The notes: generated from the sequence alone by a model not told the origin. A stretch of DNA of 32,000 nucleotides from Acaryochloris marina MBIC11017 (GCF_000018105.1 NC_009925.1:30001-62000); one strand, 5' to 3'. Counted from the first letter of the stretch, positions 1-9,602 are shown. Numbers and translations are program-made.

Positions 1-1
1 C

Positions 2-424
2 AACATGGTCAGCTTTTTCAAAGACGGTCTATTGGAGATGATTGGCTCTGGCTTAGATTTAATCTTTGCCAACGAAAGCGAAGCCCTCAAAATGGCAGAG
101 ACCGAGGATATTTCCGCTGCCATTGACCATATGAAAACCCTGGCAACCTGTTTTGCCATCACTCGGGGTCCCCAAGGCTCATTAATTTACGATGGCCAGC
201 AAGTCTTAGAAATTGCACCGACCCCAGTAAAGGCCATCGATACCGTTGGTGCTGGCGATATGTATGCCGGAGCTGTGCTCTATGGCATTACCAATGGCAT
301 GAGCTATAGCGAAGCTGGACAGCTTGGATCGGTTGCCGCAGCTAAACTCGTCGCCAGTCTTGGTCCCCGCATGCCTACGGAAGTGACTCGGAGTCTTTTA
401 ACTGAAGTAAAAACGGCTTCCTAA
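2..424 (+). CDS. PfkB-family carbohydrate/adenosine kinase, C-terminal ~140 aa only (5' end is outside the window)
   Basis: The ORF is open to the left window edge. It contains the PfkB signature DTVGAGDMYAGAVLYG near the C-terminus. Confidence 0.8.
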   Translation, partial: NMVSFFKDGLLEMIGSGLDLIFANESEALKMAETEDISAAIDHMKTLATCFAITRGPQGSLIYDGQQVLEIAPTPVKAIDTVGAGDMYAGAVLYGITNGMSYSEAGQLGSVAAAKLVASLGPRMPTEVTRSLLTEVKTAS

Positions 425-874
425 GACTAGGCAAGCGCTAGCACCTATCAAATACACCAACAGCGTCAAGAAGTAACCTATGGCTCTCCCTGGGGAGGGA
501 CCATAGGTCTCCATCACGCCTACAGCATGGGCCATTCTGCCCACGCTATAGGCTATCCCCAATCCCCAAAGGAGAGGAGATGGGGCCTGCATAAGTTCTA
601 AAACGACTAAAAACAGAATGACCAAAGGGGTGTATTCAACAAAGTTGCCAAACGCGCGTACCTTCCGTTGTAAACGGCCCTGATCAGGATTGGAAGTCAA
701 GAACCATCCCTTCGTCAGTTTCTCAACCCAAACTGCCCATTGATTTGGCTTGTCCAGGTAGTCCCGCTGATGGGCAGTATCTTCTGGGCGCGCACCATGC
801 CAAAGTCTAGCTTGGGCTCGCTCCAAGACAACTATGAGAGATAGGACAATTGCGAGCAAACTGTTGAGGCACAA
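398..874 (-). CDS. MAPEG-family integral membrane protein (probable)
   Basis: About 150 aa with several hydrophobic helices. The motif RAFGNFVEYTPLVILFLVVLE resembles the MAPEG core (RAxxNxxEyxP). The track start is TTG, so the true start is uncertain. The 3' end overlaps the convergent kinase gene by 27 nt. Confidence 0.55.
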   Translation of the reverse strand: MCLNSLLAIVLSLIVVLERAQARLWHGARPEDTAHQRDYLDKPNQWAVWVEKLTKGWFLTSNPDQGRLQRKVRAFGNFVEYTPLVILFLVVLELMQAPSPLLWGLGIAYSVGRMAHAVGVMETYGPSPGRAIGYFLTLLVYLIGASACLVLGSRFYFS

Positions 875-964
875 AAAATGCAGGATATTGGAAGAACCAT
901 AGGATTGACATAGATTTGAACGGGTTCACCTTATCCAAATACATACTGATTTCCGAGTCCCCAA

Positions 965-1660
965 ATGGGTACAACTATGCGATTGACACCCTTAATCCAT
1001 GCCGTTGTCTCTGCCAAAACCGAATCTGAGTTGCGATCGCAGTTATTGAACAAGGCGGGTTATTGCACAGGATCTCAAGCTTGGGGGCTAGATCTTTTGG
1101 ACTATCAGCAAAAAATCATGGCCTCAGATCTGCAAGGACTTCCCGTATCCTTTTGCGATCGCTATCAAGCCATTGGTCGTGATCAAGACATTACCAGTCA
1201 GCAGATGCTTCGTCAGCACGTTCCTGTAAAGCTGTGCTCCCTTTCTACTCAAAAGCACCCATCCAATGGAATGGATGATCTGTTCAGGACTTACCATATC
1301 GAACATGGCGTGGTCGCTCCAATTTTAGGTTCAGGTCAATTACTGGGTGGCATCTACTTTCTGCGTCATCAAGGTTATCCTCCCTTCAAAACCAGGGATT
1401 TACTGCGTATCAGCACTTTATGCCAGCATTTAGCCGTTCAATTTACGACCCTTCGCTTCAATCACCAAGCTTCGGCGAACCACGCCGTCCTCACAGATCG
1501 AGAATTAGAGATCGTTGATCTTGTAGCCCAAGGGTTCACCAATCGAGAGATTAGTCATTACCTACACATCAGTGTAGATGGGGTGAAACAAAGATTGAAA
1601 CGTCTATATAGAAAAGTTGGTGTTGCCAATCAAGCTGCCCTAGTAGCCAAGGTGAAATAG
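965..1660 (+). CDS. LuxR-family transcriptional regulator with an N-terminal GAF-like sensor region
   Basis: The C-terminus has a LuxR/FixJ-type HTH: LTDRELEIVDLVAQGFTNREISHYLHISVDGVKQRLKRLYRKVGV. ATG start at 965, with an alternative ATG at 977. Confidence 0.8.
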   Translation: MGTTMRLTPLIHAVVSAKTESELRSQLLNKAGYCTGSQAWGLDLLDYQQKIMASDLQGLPVSFCDRYQAIGRDQDITSQQMLRQHVPVKLCSLSTQKHPSNGMDDLFRTYHIEHGVVAPILGSGQLLGGIYFLRHQGYPPFKTRDLLRISTLCQHLAVQFTTLRFNHQASANHAVLTDRELEIVDLVAQGFTNREISHYLHISVDGVKQRLKRLYRKVGVANQAALVAKVK

Positions 1661-1871
1661 ACCACTCAAACTTTAAATAACTTGAGCTCTAGTCTGATCT
1701 TAGGGTGGCAAATATTATGCGAAAAAGGAATATATCCTGAGAAAAAGTGAGTATTTTAACTATCAGACGCCATATAATTGATAAATTTAAATTTCAAAGT
1801 AATTTTTAGAATCAATTGGTCAATACTTCTAAATACTGCATTGGAATCATTTGTGACGGGGGGTCAACAGA

Positions 1872-3323
1872 ATGAAACGTTTGTTGGGATGGGGGAGTAT
1901 CCCCTGGCTAGCACTGGCTATCGGTAGCTTTCAAACACCAGCCCAAGCGCTAGACTCAGTACAATTTTTACTCAATGAGGGGTTTTGCCAAGCCTGTACC
2001 CTTAGTAACTCAGACCTATCGGGGCTAGAACTAGCGAATGTCAAACTGAACCATGCCATTCTAATCAAGGCCGATTTGTCCGGAGCTAATTTATCGGGAG
2101 CTGACCTCACAGGTGCCAACCTTTCCGGCGCGAATCTGAGCGGGGCCGATCTCACGAATGCCAATCTTACGAATGCAAACTTAGACCAAGTTAATTTAAC
2201 TGGTGCTCGCCTCAATAACACCAACTTAGCAGGAGCAAATGTACAAATTGCTGTAAATACTCCAGTACCTTCTACAGCTCAATCCTCTTTTGTCAGTTAC
2301 TACAATCCACCAGAAGAGTCCACCGACATTAGCCCTATTTCTCCCATCCCCTCAGCTCCACCTCCAACCTATGGACGTGTATTAAATCCACCTAAATCCG
2401 GCTATCAATCCCCGACGGCAGTCGCTACTCGTGCCCCATCCATACCGGCTCCATCCGCCCCGCCAATTCCCACAGAATCACCCACTGTAGCGGATAATAG
2501 CATCGGGGGAGCGGATGATCCGAGCCAAGCTGCTGCCCTAACAACAGATGGTATTGGCATTATCGACGGGGGAACCGTTCCTAAAGGCAGAGTCCTAGTG
2601 AGTCTCAAAGGGGGACCTCAGGGCATTCAAAGCACAGTACGATATGGCATTTTGGGAGATCTCGAAGCCTTAGGCTATCTTGACTACTCCTTTGGTACTG
2701 TTGACGAGTCCGAGCAAGGTTTCGGTCTAAAATATCGCTTCCTCGACCAGGCGAAAGGCAAACCCTTAACCATTAGTGCTGCCGTCAACGTAGGGCTCAC
2801 GGGCGAAACCTTTATCAACTATGCCACCAATAATCGAAATGAGTTCCGACAACGGGGCCTGAATAAAGCAGTTCCCACAATCTTCCAAGGCACCGATGGC
2901 AATGTCGGTAATAATCTGATCTATAGCGTCTCGTTGCCTGTCCATTATCAAGCGACGGACCGATTAAATTTATGGGTCACCCCTACCTTTAGCTACGTTC
3001 AAGATAGAGATATTGCGGTCGGAGGCTTTAATTTTGGCGGCTCCTACGAAATCGTTAATAATCTAAATTTCATTGCCGAAGTCGGGGCTAGTTTTGCTGG
3101 CCGAGGCAACGCCTTCCTCAATAACACCTTGGGTGACGCTATTCCTTGGAATGTGGGGTTCCGGTATGATTCCTCAACACTATTTGGATTTACCCCCGGC
3201 AGTAAACAACTCATTTTTGACTTGTATGCCACCAACCGAGTGGGAACATCACCCTGGAACCAACTTCGAGTCCGAGATCAGGATGAGCCCACAATTGGCG
3301 TAGGAGTTCACCTCTTGTGGTAA
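1872..3323 (+). CDS. Secreted pentapeptide-repeat protein with a Pro-rich linker and a C-terminal beta-barrel-like domain
   Basis: Signal peptide MKRLLGWGSIPWLALAIGSFQTPAQA. About 20 A(D/N)LxG-type pentapeptides (ADLSGANLSGADLTGANLSGANLSGADLTNANLTNANL). The linker is P/S/A-rich. The C-terminal ~250 aa have alternating beta-strand-like patterns and end in ...GVGVHLLW. Confidence 0.8.
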   Translation: MKRLLGWGSIPWLALAIGSFQTPAQALDSVQFLLNEGFCQACTLSNSDLSGLELANVKLNHAILIKADLSGANLSGADLTGANLSGANLSGADLTNANLTNANLDQVNLTGARLNNTNLAGANVQIAVNTPVPSTAQSSFVSYYNPPEESTDISPISPIPSAPPPTYGRVLNPPKSGYQSPTAVATRAPSIPAPSAPPIPTESPTVADNSIGGADDPSQAAALTTDGIGIIDGGTVPKGRVLVSLKGGPQGIQSTVRYGILGDLEALGYLDYSFGTVDESEQGFGLKYRFLDQAKGKPLTISAAVNVGLTGETFINYATNNRNEFRQRGLNKAVPTIFQGTDGNVGNNLIYSVSLPVHYQATDRLNLWVTPTFSYVQDRDIAVGGFNFGGSYEIVNNLNFIAEVGASFAGRGNAFLNNTLGDAIPWNVGFRYDSSTLFGFTPGSKQLIFDLYATNRVGTSPWNQLRVRDQDEPTIGVGVHLLW

Positions 3324-3358
3324 CTCAGAACACCTAACCATCCCTGAGGGGTAATACC

Positions 3359-4825
3359 CTAACGACCTTTTTTCTCTGGGTAATTTCGAGGTGGGATAGA
3401 TCGCCCTTTTAGAAATCTTTTCTCTAATTGACCTAAGCTTAGCCAGGCCACAGCCGAAGAAAAGATCGTAACGGTCGCAGCAATAGACAATTTGATCGAG
3501 AATACCCCAAAGCCAAAGGCCAAAAGCGGTGTAAGGGTCCAAGCGACCAAGGCTAGTCCAACCATTACTTTCCGCAGGCGTTTGACATTTTTCAATGCCT
3601 GGGAACAGCTGGCACAGTTCACCGTGTGTGAATAGTACCGATCAAGTAACTGCTCGCGAGTCCGCTCTGGGGGTAGACTTTGCCCGGGGAACGGATCAGC
3701 CTGGAAGCGTTCTTGCCATTGATGCAACGCCAGCACAAACCGATCGGCCCGTGTGGGCAGATAAAAGGCTTGAGCAATGGACTTACTGTCTTTGGTCCGC
3801 TCTAAATACCGTTCTTGGAAATGCAAGAAGATTTGGTCATCTTCCAATATGGCATTCTGTCCTAGATGAGAAAACCAAGTCGGAGTATGACTAATCATCC
3901 AAGCAGGCACTTTAGATGAAAATTGAAACGGGAATCGGGCAAAAATGCGACATTCACCTTTACGCACTGGTGTAGCATAGACAACGGTCAAGGTTCGACC
4001 AAACTGGCTAGATGTTAAGTCATGCCACATCAAACCGGGAGCCACAAATGTTGTCGTTTGTGTTCCCAATTTTCCTTGGCGAGGGCCTTCTTCCCACACA
4101 CCGTAAAACCCTTGTTTTCCTGATTCCATGACCTCCAATTCCACCGGCCCCGCATTGCTGCGGTTCCCAACAGAGCGGTGGTGAGTATAAGGCAAATGGC
4201 TGGGGTCTAAAACATTTTCAAGTAGCGTGAGCACATCGTAGGGCAGGTCACGGAATCCATCGAGAATAATCCAGTCATCAGGTGACTCTTCAATGGGGCC
4301 AACAATGGGTACAGGTGTTAAAGCCGCCCGTTCTGGCTGCCCCGCATAGGCAAATAACAAACCTTGTTGAATACTAATCGGCAGGGAGTCCACACAGGCC
4401 CTTGGAGAACTCTCGGCAGAACGACCACTCACCTGCTGAGGAATCCGTTCACATTCACCCGTCCCCGAAAAAGCCCAGCCATGATAGGGGCATTCAATCA
4501 GCCCATCTTCATCGATTCGGCCTTCAGACAGTCGAGCTAACCGATGGGGACATTGATCTGCAAAAACTCGCCAGGTGTTGGCGTTGTGATCCCACCAAAT
4601 CACAAGATCTCGGTCTAACAAAGTAAAGGTAGTGAGTTTTTCTTTATCTAGATCCTTAACGTAGGCAATAGGATACCAAACTTCTTGCCAATCAAAGCGG
4701 TTGGGATCGTCCCCCCCCGCAGGTAATGTTTGGACCCTGCGAGAAATGTCAGCAGTCGTCAAAGGTGTGTCTGACAAATGTGGAGGGGTTTGTTCAACGT
4801 CAACCAAAGTCAGAGAAGATTTCAT
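3359..4825 (-). CDS. Rieske [2Fe-2S] oxygenase of the PAO/Tic55/Ptc52 family
   Basis: Rieske motif CPHRLARLSEG...CPYHGWAF. PAO-domain motif LDPSHLPYTHH. The C-terminal region has CASC followed by two hydrophobic helices, as in this family. ATG start. Confidence 0.85.
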   Translation of the reverse strand: MKSSLTLVDVEQTPPHLSDTPLTTADISRRVQTLPAGGDDPNRFDWQEVWYPIAYVKDLDKEKLTTFTLLDRDLVIWWDHNANTWRVFADQCPHRLARLSEGRIDEDGLIECPYHGWAFSGTGECERIPQQVSGRSAESSPRACVDSLPISIQQGLLFAYAGQPERAALTPVPIVGPIEESPDDWIILDGFRDLPYDVLTLLENVLDPSHLPYTHHRSVGNRSNAGPVELEVMESGKQGFYGVWEEGPRQGKLGTQTTTFVAPGLMWHDLTSSQFGRTLTVVYATPVRKGECRIFARFPFQFSSKVPAWMISHTPTWFSHLGQNAILEDDQIFLHFQERYLERTKDSKSIAQAFYLPTRADRFVLALHQWQERFQADPFPGQSLPPERTREQLLDRYYSHTVNCASCSQALKNVKRLRKVMVGLALVAWTLTPLLAFGFGVFSIKLSIAATVTIFSSAVAWLSLGQLEKRFLKGRSIPPRNYPEKKGR

Positions 4826-5167
4826 GGGATTAAATGGGGGTAGGAGTCTGAAACTAAAATGAGGCGTATCAAATCAGGTACTCGGTGTGCCCGACTCGTC
4901 ATGCCCCAGCTCACACTTGAGTGCATAATTGCAATGTAACAAAATTTCAAGCATTTATGTTTTTTTGTTGCAATTAAAGCCTTATCTATTGCCCATAAAG
5001 ACATCTTATGATTATAAACTGGCAAATTATATAGCACTTTACCTTCACATCATTCCCCAAAGTTGTTAAGGCTAAACTTTTGTGCAAAAACTTCATCCAA
5101 ATCTGCCCAGGATGAGTCACCTCCTCAATAAACAAGGCATACCGACCAGGAGCGTGAATGCAAGCCC

Positions 5168-5213
5168 AAAAAAGCCAACAGCGGTCTTCTATGCTAGAAG
5201 GCCGCTGTTGGCT
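5168..5213 (-). terminator. Rho-independent terminator downstream of the minus-strand ruvX-mltG-HAD cluster
   Basis: The arms 5173-5191 and 5195-5213 form a 19-position stem (12 bp, one mismatch, 6 bp) around a 3-nt loop. On the minus strand the stem is followed directly by TTTTT (complement of the A-run 5168-5172). It lies about 160 nt past the stop at 5374. Confidence 0.7.
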
Positions 5214-5373
5214 AAGGTATTTAAGATTTATCTTTAGAGCCTTTATTGGGCTGGCTCCAATAATTTATGTTTATATATTGACAAATATTTCCTTATTTTG
5301 CGACTTCTATAATATTTATTTTATATTTTTACTTTCCATGACTTTTCTGTAATCATCCTTGAAATTTGGATGT

Positions 5374-5880
5374 TTAATTCAATATTCGTTCCAAGTTTTG
5401 GTAAAGCCACAGTTCAATTTTACGCAATGTACTCCCGTGGCCTACTGGCTCTACCAAAATTGTAAATACACCCAGGCGGTTTCCAGCCAAAACATCCGTA
5501 AATAGCCGGTCCCCAACCATTGCCACATTCTCATAGGGCAAGTCCATCGCTGTTACTGCCTGACGCAGTTTGCGGCGGGACGGTTTACCAGCTCCATAAA
5601 TATAAGGCAAGTCAAGGCCGACTGCGATTCTTTCAATCCGCGAGCGTTTTAAGTTATTACTAACCAACCAAATGGGAACCTTGGCTTTTATGTCAGTCAG
5701 CCACGTTAACAATTCAGGAGAAACATCGGCAGATCTAGAGGACACAACGGTATCATCAACATCCAACACCAACCCTTTAAGCTGATGTTGCTCCAATAGA
5801 GAAGGGGTCAATTGGAGAATAGAATTTTGAAGTCGTAGATCCGGTTGTAAAAGAGAAACCCAGGAATAAGCTGGAGACAT
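5374..5880 (-). CDS. YqeG-type HAD superfamily (subfamily IIIA) phosphatase
   Basis: HAD motif I is LVLDVDDTVV. There is a downstream GDRLFTDVLAGN motif. The size (~168 aa) and layout fit the YqeG family. Confidence 0.75.
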   Translation of the reverse strand: MSPAYSWVSLLQPDLRLQNSILQLTPSLLEQHQLKGLVLDVDDTVVSSRSADVSPELLTWLTDIKAKVPIWLVSNNLKRSRIERIAVGLDLPYIYGAGKPSRRKLRQAVTAMDLPYENVAMVGDRLFTDVLAGNRLGVFTILVEPVGHGSTLRKIELWLYQNLERILN

Positions 5881-5903
5881 TGGGCTATTTTCAGTAGGAC
5901 GAA

Positions 5904-7004
5904 CTATAGATTTGTGGAGTTTTGCTTGGCATCTTGTTGATCACGAATTTTGGCTTGAGCTCGCAAGTGCTCAGTCAAAGTCCGGCTAAACACATGGGTT
6001 CCATCATATCGAGCAACAAAATACAGAAAATCTGTTTTCTCGGGAGAGACAGTGGCTTTAAGACTGGCCAGTCCTGGGCTAGCAATCGGCGTTGGAGTTA
6101 ATCCGGCATTGATGTAGGTGTTGTAAGGGGAGGGAGTTTCAACTTGGGCATAAGTGAGGGGTTGGTCAGGGGTTTGAGTGATTCCTAAACCATATTCAAC
6201 TGTCGGATCAGACCCTAAGGTAATATTGTCCCGTAACCGGTTCCAAAACACACCAGCAATTCGAGCCCTTTCTTCGGCAACCACTGACTCTTTTTCAACA
6301 ATGCTGGCCAAGGTGACCCAATCATCTAAACTTAAATCGGTATAGCCGGTTCGGTTCTTATAGACTGGCAAGGCAGACGCTTCAAAATGGTTCAACATCA
6401 CACCAATTACGGCCTCAGGGGTGCGTTGATCAACTGAAATTTGGTAGGTATCGGGAAAGAGATACCCTTCCAGGAAGGGAATGTCCTCAGGTAACCACGG
6501 GTAGCGATCACGAGGGATATTGTTGGTCGCATCCAGAAACTCTTGAGCTGAAAACCAACCTAACTCTTCAAAATAGTTAGCCATCTGCTTTTGGGTCCAG
6601 CCTTCTGGCACGGTGAAGCTAACCTGCTGGACCTTTCCAGACCAGATCGTTTGGGCGATATCAGCCATAGAAGCTTGGGGCGAAAGCTGGTAGGTTCCCG
6701 CATGGAATCCACCGGAAGATTCCCACAAGCCTTGCCATCGAGTCCAAACCTTCCAGGCAGTGATTGAGCGAATTAGTCCTGCTTCTTCTAAAATCTGACC
6801 GATTTCGTTAGCAGATGCACCTTCTGGAATTTGGACCTGAAGTAACTCTTGCGAGGGTTGAGCGTTCTTCTCAACAGGTGCGATCGCAGATTGCCACCAA
6901 TACCAACCTCCCCCTCCAACGCCACTGGCTATCGCAACAATGGCAACGACCGAGGTTATAGCCAATTTGCGGAAAGGAAATGATTTCTTTTTGTTCACAT
7001 TCAA
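5904..7004 (-). CDS. mltG: Endolytic murein transglycosylase MltG (YceG-like)
   Basis: N-terminal TM helix and a LysM-like segment (ASANEIGQILEEAGLIRS). YceG-core motifs LASIVEKE and GVFWNRL. The track start is TTG at 7004, with GVFWNRL. The track start is TTG at 7004, with an alternative GTG at 6998. Confidence 0.85.
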   Translation of the reverse strand: MNVNKKKSFPFRKLAITSVVAIVAIASGVGGGGWYWWQSAIAPVEKNAQPSQELLQVQIPEGASANEIGQILEEAGLIRSITAWKVWTRWQGLWESSGGFHAGTYQLSPQASMADIAQTIWSGKVQQVSFTVPEGWTQKQMANYFEELGWFSAQEFLDATNNIPRDRYPWLPEDIPFLEGYLFPDTYQISVDQRTPEAVIGVMLNHFEASALPVYKNRTGYTDLSLDDWVTLASIVEKESVVAEERARIAGVFWNRLRDNITLGSDPTVEYGLGITQTPDQPLTYAQVETPSPYNTYINAGLTPTPIASPGLASLKATVSPEKTDFLYFVARYDGTHVFSRTLTEHLRAQAKIRDQQDAKQNSTNL

Positions 7005-7032
7005 AAGCAGACGTCGTCTATTAAATCAGCAG

Positions 7033-7587
7033 TTAGTCTAAATCGTCCATTAGACGTTCCTCCAGCAGAGGTTGAAGCTTGGGTTGAAGAGCTTGGAACT
7101 CTTGAGGAGAAAGCAGCTCCGGCTGCATATTCTCACGCAGTCTAACAACAAACAGCACTGGATCTATTGGAGTATAGATCGAATACTCTTGTTCCTCCTC
7201 AAAAAAAGTCGCTAAGAGTTGATATTCCTCTTGCTCAGAAATCTCATCCCCCTCCTCCATTTCCAAAACCAGAATTTCTTCTTCATCAATATCCGGAAGA
7301 TCACCTTCTACGGTTAAAGACAAGGCACTTCGCTTCAATTTCAAGTTCTGTTCGGATAATACAGCTTGAGCCGTGGGGAATATCTTCGCCAGCTCTTGTT
7401 CTTCTACAGGCTGGACAATCTCATCCTCTTCATCGGTAACAACCCAACCAAAAATGTCTACTGGATAATCGACAGGGTTCAGGAGAGCATATTCTTCTTG
7501 ATCGATTGGCACAGATACTTCAACGAAGCAGGTCAAAGAACGTCCTGCTTCATCCATCAACGTCACCGTAGAACGGTCCATTTCCAT
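7033..7587 (-). CDS. Acidic DUF1292/DUF3727-like protein
   Basis: 184 aa and very D/E-rich. The N-terminal segment LTCFVEVSVPIDQEEYALLNPVD resembles the DUF1292 pattern. It sits between ruvX and mltG, as yrzB does in Firmicutes. Confidence 0.6.
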   Translation of the reverse strand: MEMDRSTVTLMDEAGRSLTCFVEVSVPIDQEEYALLNPVDYPVDIFGWVVTDEEDEIVQPVEEQELAKIFPTAQAVLSEQNLKLKRSALSLTVEGDLPDIDEEEILVLEMEEGDEISEQEEYQLLATFFEEEQEYSIYTPIDPVLFVVRLRENMQPELLSPQEFQALQPKLQPLLEERLMDDLD

Positions 7588-7711
7588 GGGTATTTTACCT
7601 CTACTCCCCAGATTACTGGTCCACCATCAGGACCCATAGGCTTAAGTTTAGGGGGTAATGGACTTAATAGGCGAGAAAATTAAACGAAAAAACGAAATAG
7701 TGGAACCTAGT

Positions 7712-8146
7712 CTAGGTCGAAGATAGCCATGGTTTTTGATCCAGCCAACGTTGTAGAATCAGCGCGGCCGCTTTGCGATCAATCATTCCCTTTTGTTCGG
7801 CTGGATTGATACGCTGTTCACGCATCATGGACTCAGCCTCATGGGAAGTCAATCGTTCATCAATAAAATCCAAAGGTAGATCAAGTGCTTTAGCAATCCG
7901 CTTGGCTAATTTCTGGGTCTTTTGGGCTTGAGTTCCCACTTCACCCTTCATCGTATAGGGCAGACCCACGACCAAGGTTTTAACCTGGCGGTCCACCACA
8001 ATTTGCCGCAGTATTTCCATGTCTTTGGTAAAAGACGTACGTCGAATCGTGGTGAGTCCAGTGGCAATTAAGCCCGTGCCATCACAGCCAGCAACTCCAA
8101 TCCGACGATGTCCTAGATCTAATCCTAACGCAGATATTCGCTGCAT
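7712..8146 (-). CDS. ruvX: RuvX/YqgF putative pre-16S rRNA nuclease (Holliday junction resolvase-like)
   Basis: N-terminal GLDLGHRRIGVAGCD, which is the YqgF catalytic Asp motif. About 144 aa. ATG start, 5 nt downstream of the GNAT gene stop. Confidence 0.85.
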   Translation of the reverse strand: MQRISALGLDLGHRRIGVAGCDGTGLIATGLTTIRRTSFTKDMEILRQIVVDRQVKTLVVGLPYTMKGEVGTQAQKTQKLAKRIAKALDLPLDFIDERLTSHEAESMMREQRINPAEQKGMIDRKAAALILQRWLDQKPWLSST

Positions 8147-8151
8147 ACCGG

Positions 8152-9366
8152 TTAAAATTCTGACGGCCAGGGGCGCTGATTTCGCTTCGAAGAAACCTGT
8201 TTATTCTGACTCGTGGTAGATCCTTGACAATGACGTTTGCCAACAACAGGGGTCCGAGTGAGCCAATAGGTCATGCGGCCAGGGACTGGCTTATGATTGG
8301 GCTGCAACCCTTGCAACATATCTGACAACTGCAGAGTTTCAAAAGAAATAGAACGAGATTCTCGTAATTTATGCCAAACGGAACGAGACATCATCAAGGT
8401 TTGCTCTAAATCTTCAGCGCCAATTTGCTTTAGATATTCTTCCCGCTCAGGTTGGTAGTCCGTTGAGTCTAAGCACAACGGAGCAGAAGGATAGGCCTGT
8501 GTCAACTGTGCCATATGGGCCAGCAACTCTGGGTACAGCCAAGTATAAGCGGGATGAACCGTAAGCCGGGCTTCATGGGGGTACGACCCATTTCGGCACA
8601 GCTTCATTTCAAAATAGCCAATGGCAGCCTTCCGTTGGGGCTCAAAGACATAGGCTTTGACCAATTCTTTGGGGTCTCCCCAAACCTGAATCCCCGCCAA
8701 CAAAGAGTCGACTAAATTCGTTTTAAAGTCCTGAATATGCCGATCAAACACTTGGCGGACCAAGGGAGGCATCGATGCCGTATCAAGCTGGTATAGCAAA
8801 GAAGCATCTGCGTTATTGACAGGCAAGAGGTTCGGCAGTACGGGTTCTCGTTTCGCTAGACAACTCAACTGTTCAGGAGCCAGGGACCAATAAGTAATTT
8901 GGGCGAGGGGCTGAAACCCATTATGGCGATATAGGGCCAGCGCTGCGGATTGGCTTATATTAATCTCAGTCAACCAGGTGCGAGCTTCCCAAATATTTTC
9001 CAGGCAATATCGCAATAACTGCGTCCCCACATCTTGCTGACCAACAGCAGGTGAAACACTGACTTGATCAAACCGCCAGGTGCTCCGGGAATGGTTAAAG
9101 GGTGAAACCTGAACCACTCCAGCTAGTTCATGAGTTTGTTCCCAGACATAGGTGCGTTGCTGATCGGATAGGCGGTTGGGAAACAGCCTCAACAACTTCA
9201 ATAATTCAGACCAGCGCTGAAGCTGCAGTAACTGCCGTTCATGACCGTAGAAGGTACCAATGCTGGATTGATCATAATCATCCACCAATATCCGCTTGAT
9301 CGCTTCCAGATCGCGGTACTGGACCGGACGAATGATGGGTTCTAACTTTGGAGCTACTGTCGTCAT
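8152..9366 (-). CDS. GNAT-family N-acetyltransferase domain protein (404 aa)
   Basis: GNAT-like segment QSAALALYRHNGFQPLA preceded by VGTQLLRYCLE. Long uninterrupted ORF with an ATG start. Confidence 0.65.
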   Translation of the reverse strand: MTTVAPKLEPIIRPVQYRDLEAIKRILVDDYDQSSIGTFYGHERQLLQLQRWSELLKLLRLFPNRLSDQQRTYVWEQTHELAGVVQVSPFNHSRSTWRFDQVSVSPAVGQQDVGTQLLRYCLENIWEARTWLTEINISQSAALALYRHNGFQPLAQITYWSLAPEQLSCLAKREPVLPNLLPVNNADASLLYQLDTASMPPLVRQVFDRHIQDFKTNLVDSLLAGIQVWGDPKELVKAYVFEPQRKAAIGYFEMKLCRNGSYPHEARLTVHPAYTWLYPELLAHMAQLTQAYPSAPLCLDSTDYQPEREEYLKQIGAEDLEQTLMMSRSVWHKLRESRSISFETLQLSDMLQGLQPNHKPVPGRMTYWLTRTPVVGKRHCQGSTTSQNKQVSSKRNQRPWPSEF

Positions 9367-9602
9367 ACGAGTTGCTAAGCTTGCAGAACTAATTGTCCAG
9401 AGAGAGCGTGTGGATGGACCAACTGAAACCAGCTTGCTAATTTACTCACTAGGATACATACAAGTTATACAAATTAGCTTGAAGAAGGAAATTTAGGGTA
9501 TTAATCTCACTCTATGGTATCGGATCTCTCTCCAAAACGGGGATAGAGGCAACAAGTTTTCAGACTTTTGTCAAGGGAAAATCCCTGAACAGAACGTAAC
9601 CC

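Noticed and set aside
398-424. 27-nt convergent overlap between the kinase 3' end and the MAPEG-like gene 3' end
   Set aside because: Short tail-to-tail overlaps are common and carry no obvious regulatory structure here. I noted it only as a caveat on the MAPEG gene model.
1931-2224. 97-aa minus-strand ORF antisense to the pentapeptide-repeat region
   Set aside because: Its own translation is repetitive (RLAPVRSAPDKLAPDKSA...). It simply mirrors the 15-nt periodicity of the sense-strand repeats, so it is an artefact of low-complexity coding DNA.
3249-3542. 97-aa minus-strand ORF overlapping the 3' end of the Rieske gene and the convergent gene end
   Set aside because: It overlaps the well-supported Rieske C-terminal membrane helices in a different frame, and nothing supports it independently.
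5158-5352. 64-aa plus-strand ORF in the AT-rich spacer
   Set aside because: It runs straight through the 19-position terminator stem and AT-rich DNA, and its composition is low-complexity and hydrophobic. It is most likely non-coding.
7167-7683. Plus-strand ORFs (7167..7439 and 7366..7683) antisense to the acidic DUF3727-like gene
   Set aside because: Antisense reading of GAA/GAG-rich coding DNA yields long stop-free runs. The minus-strand ORF fits the conserved ruvX-mltG context.
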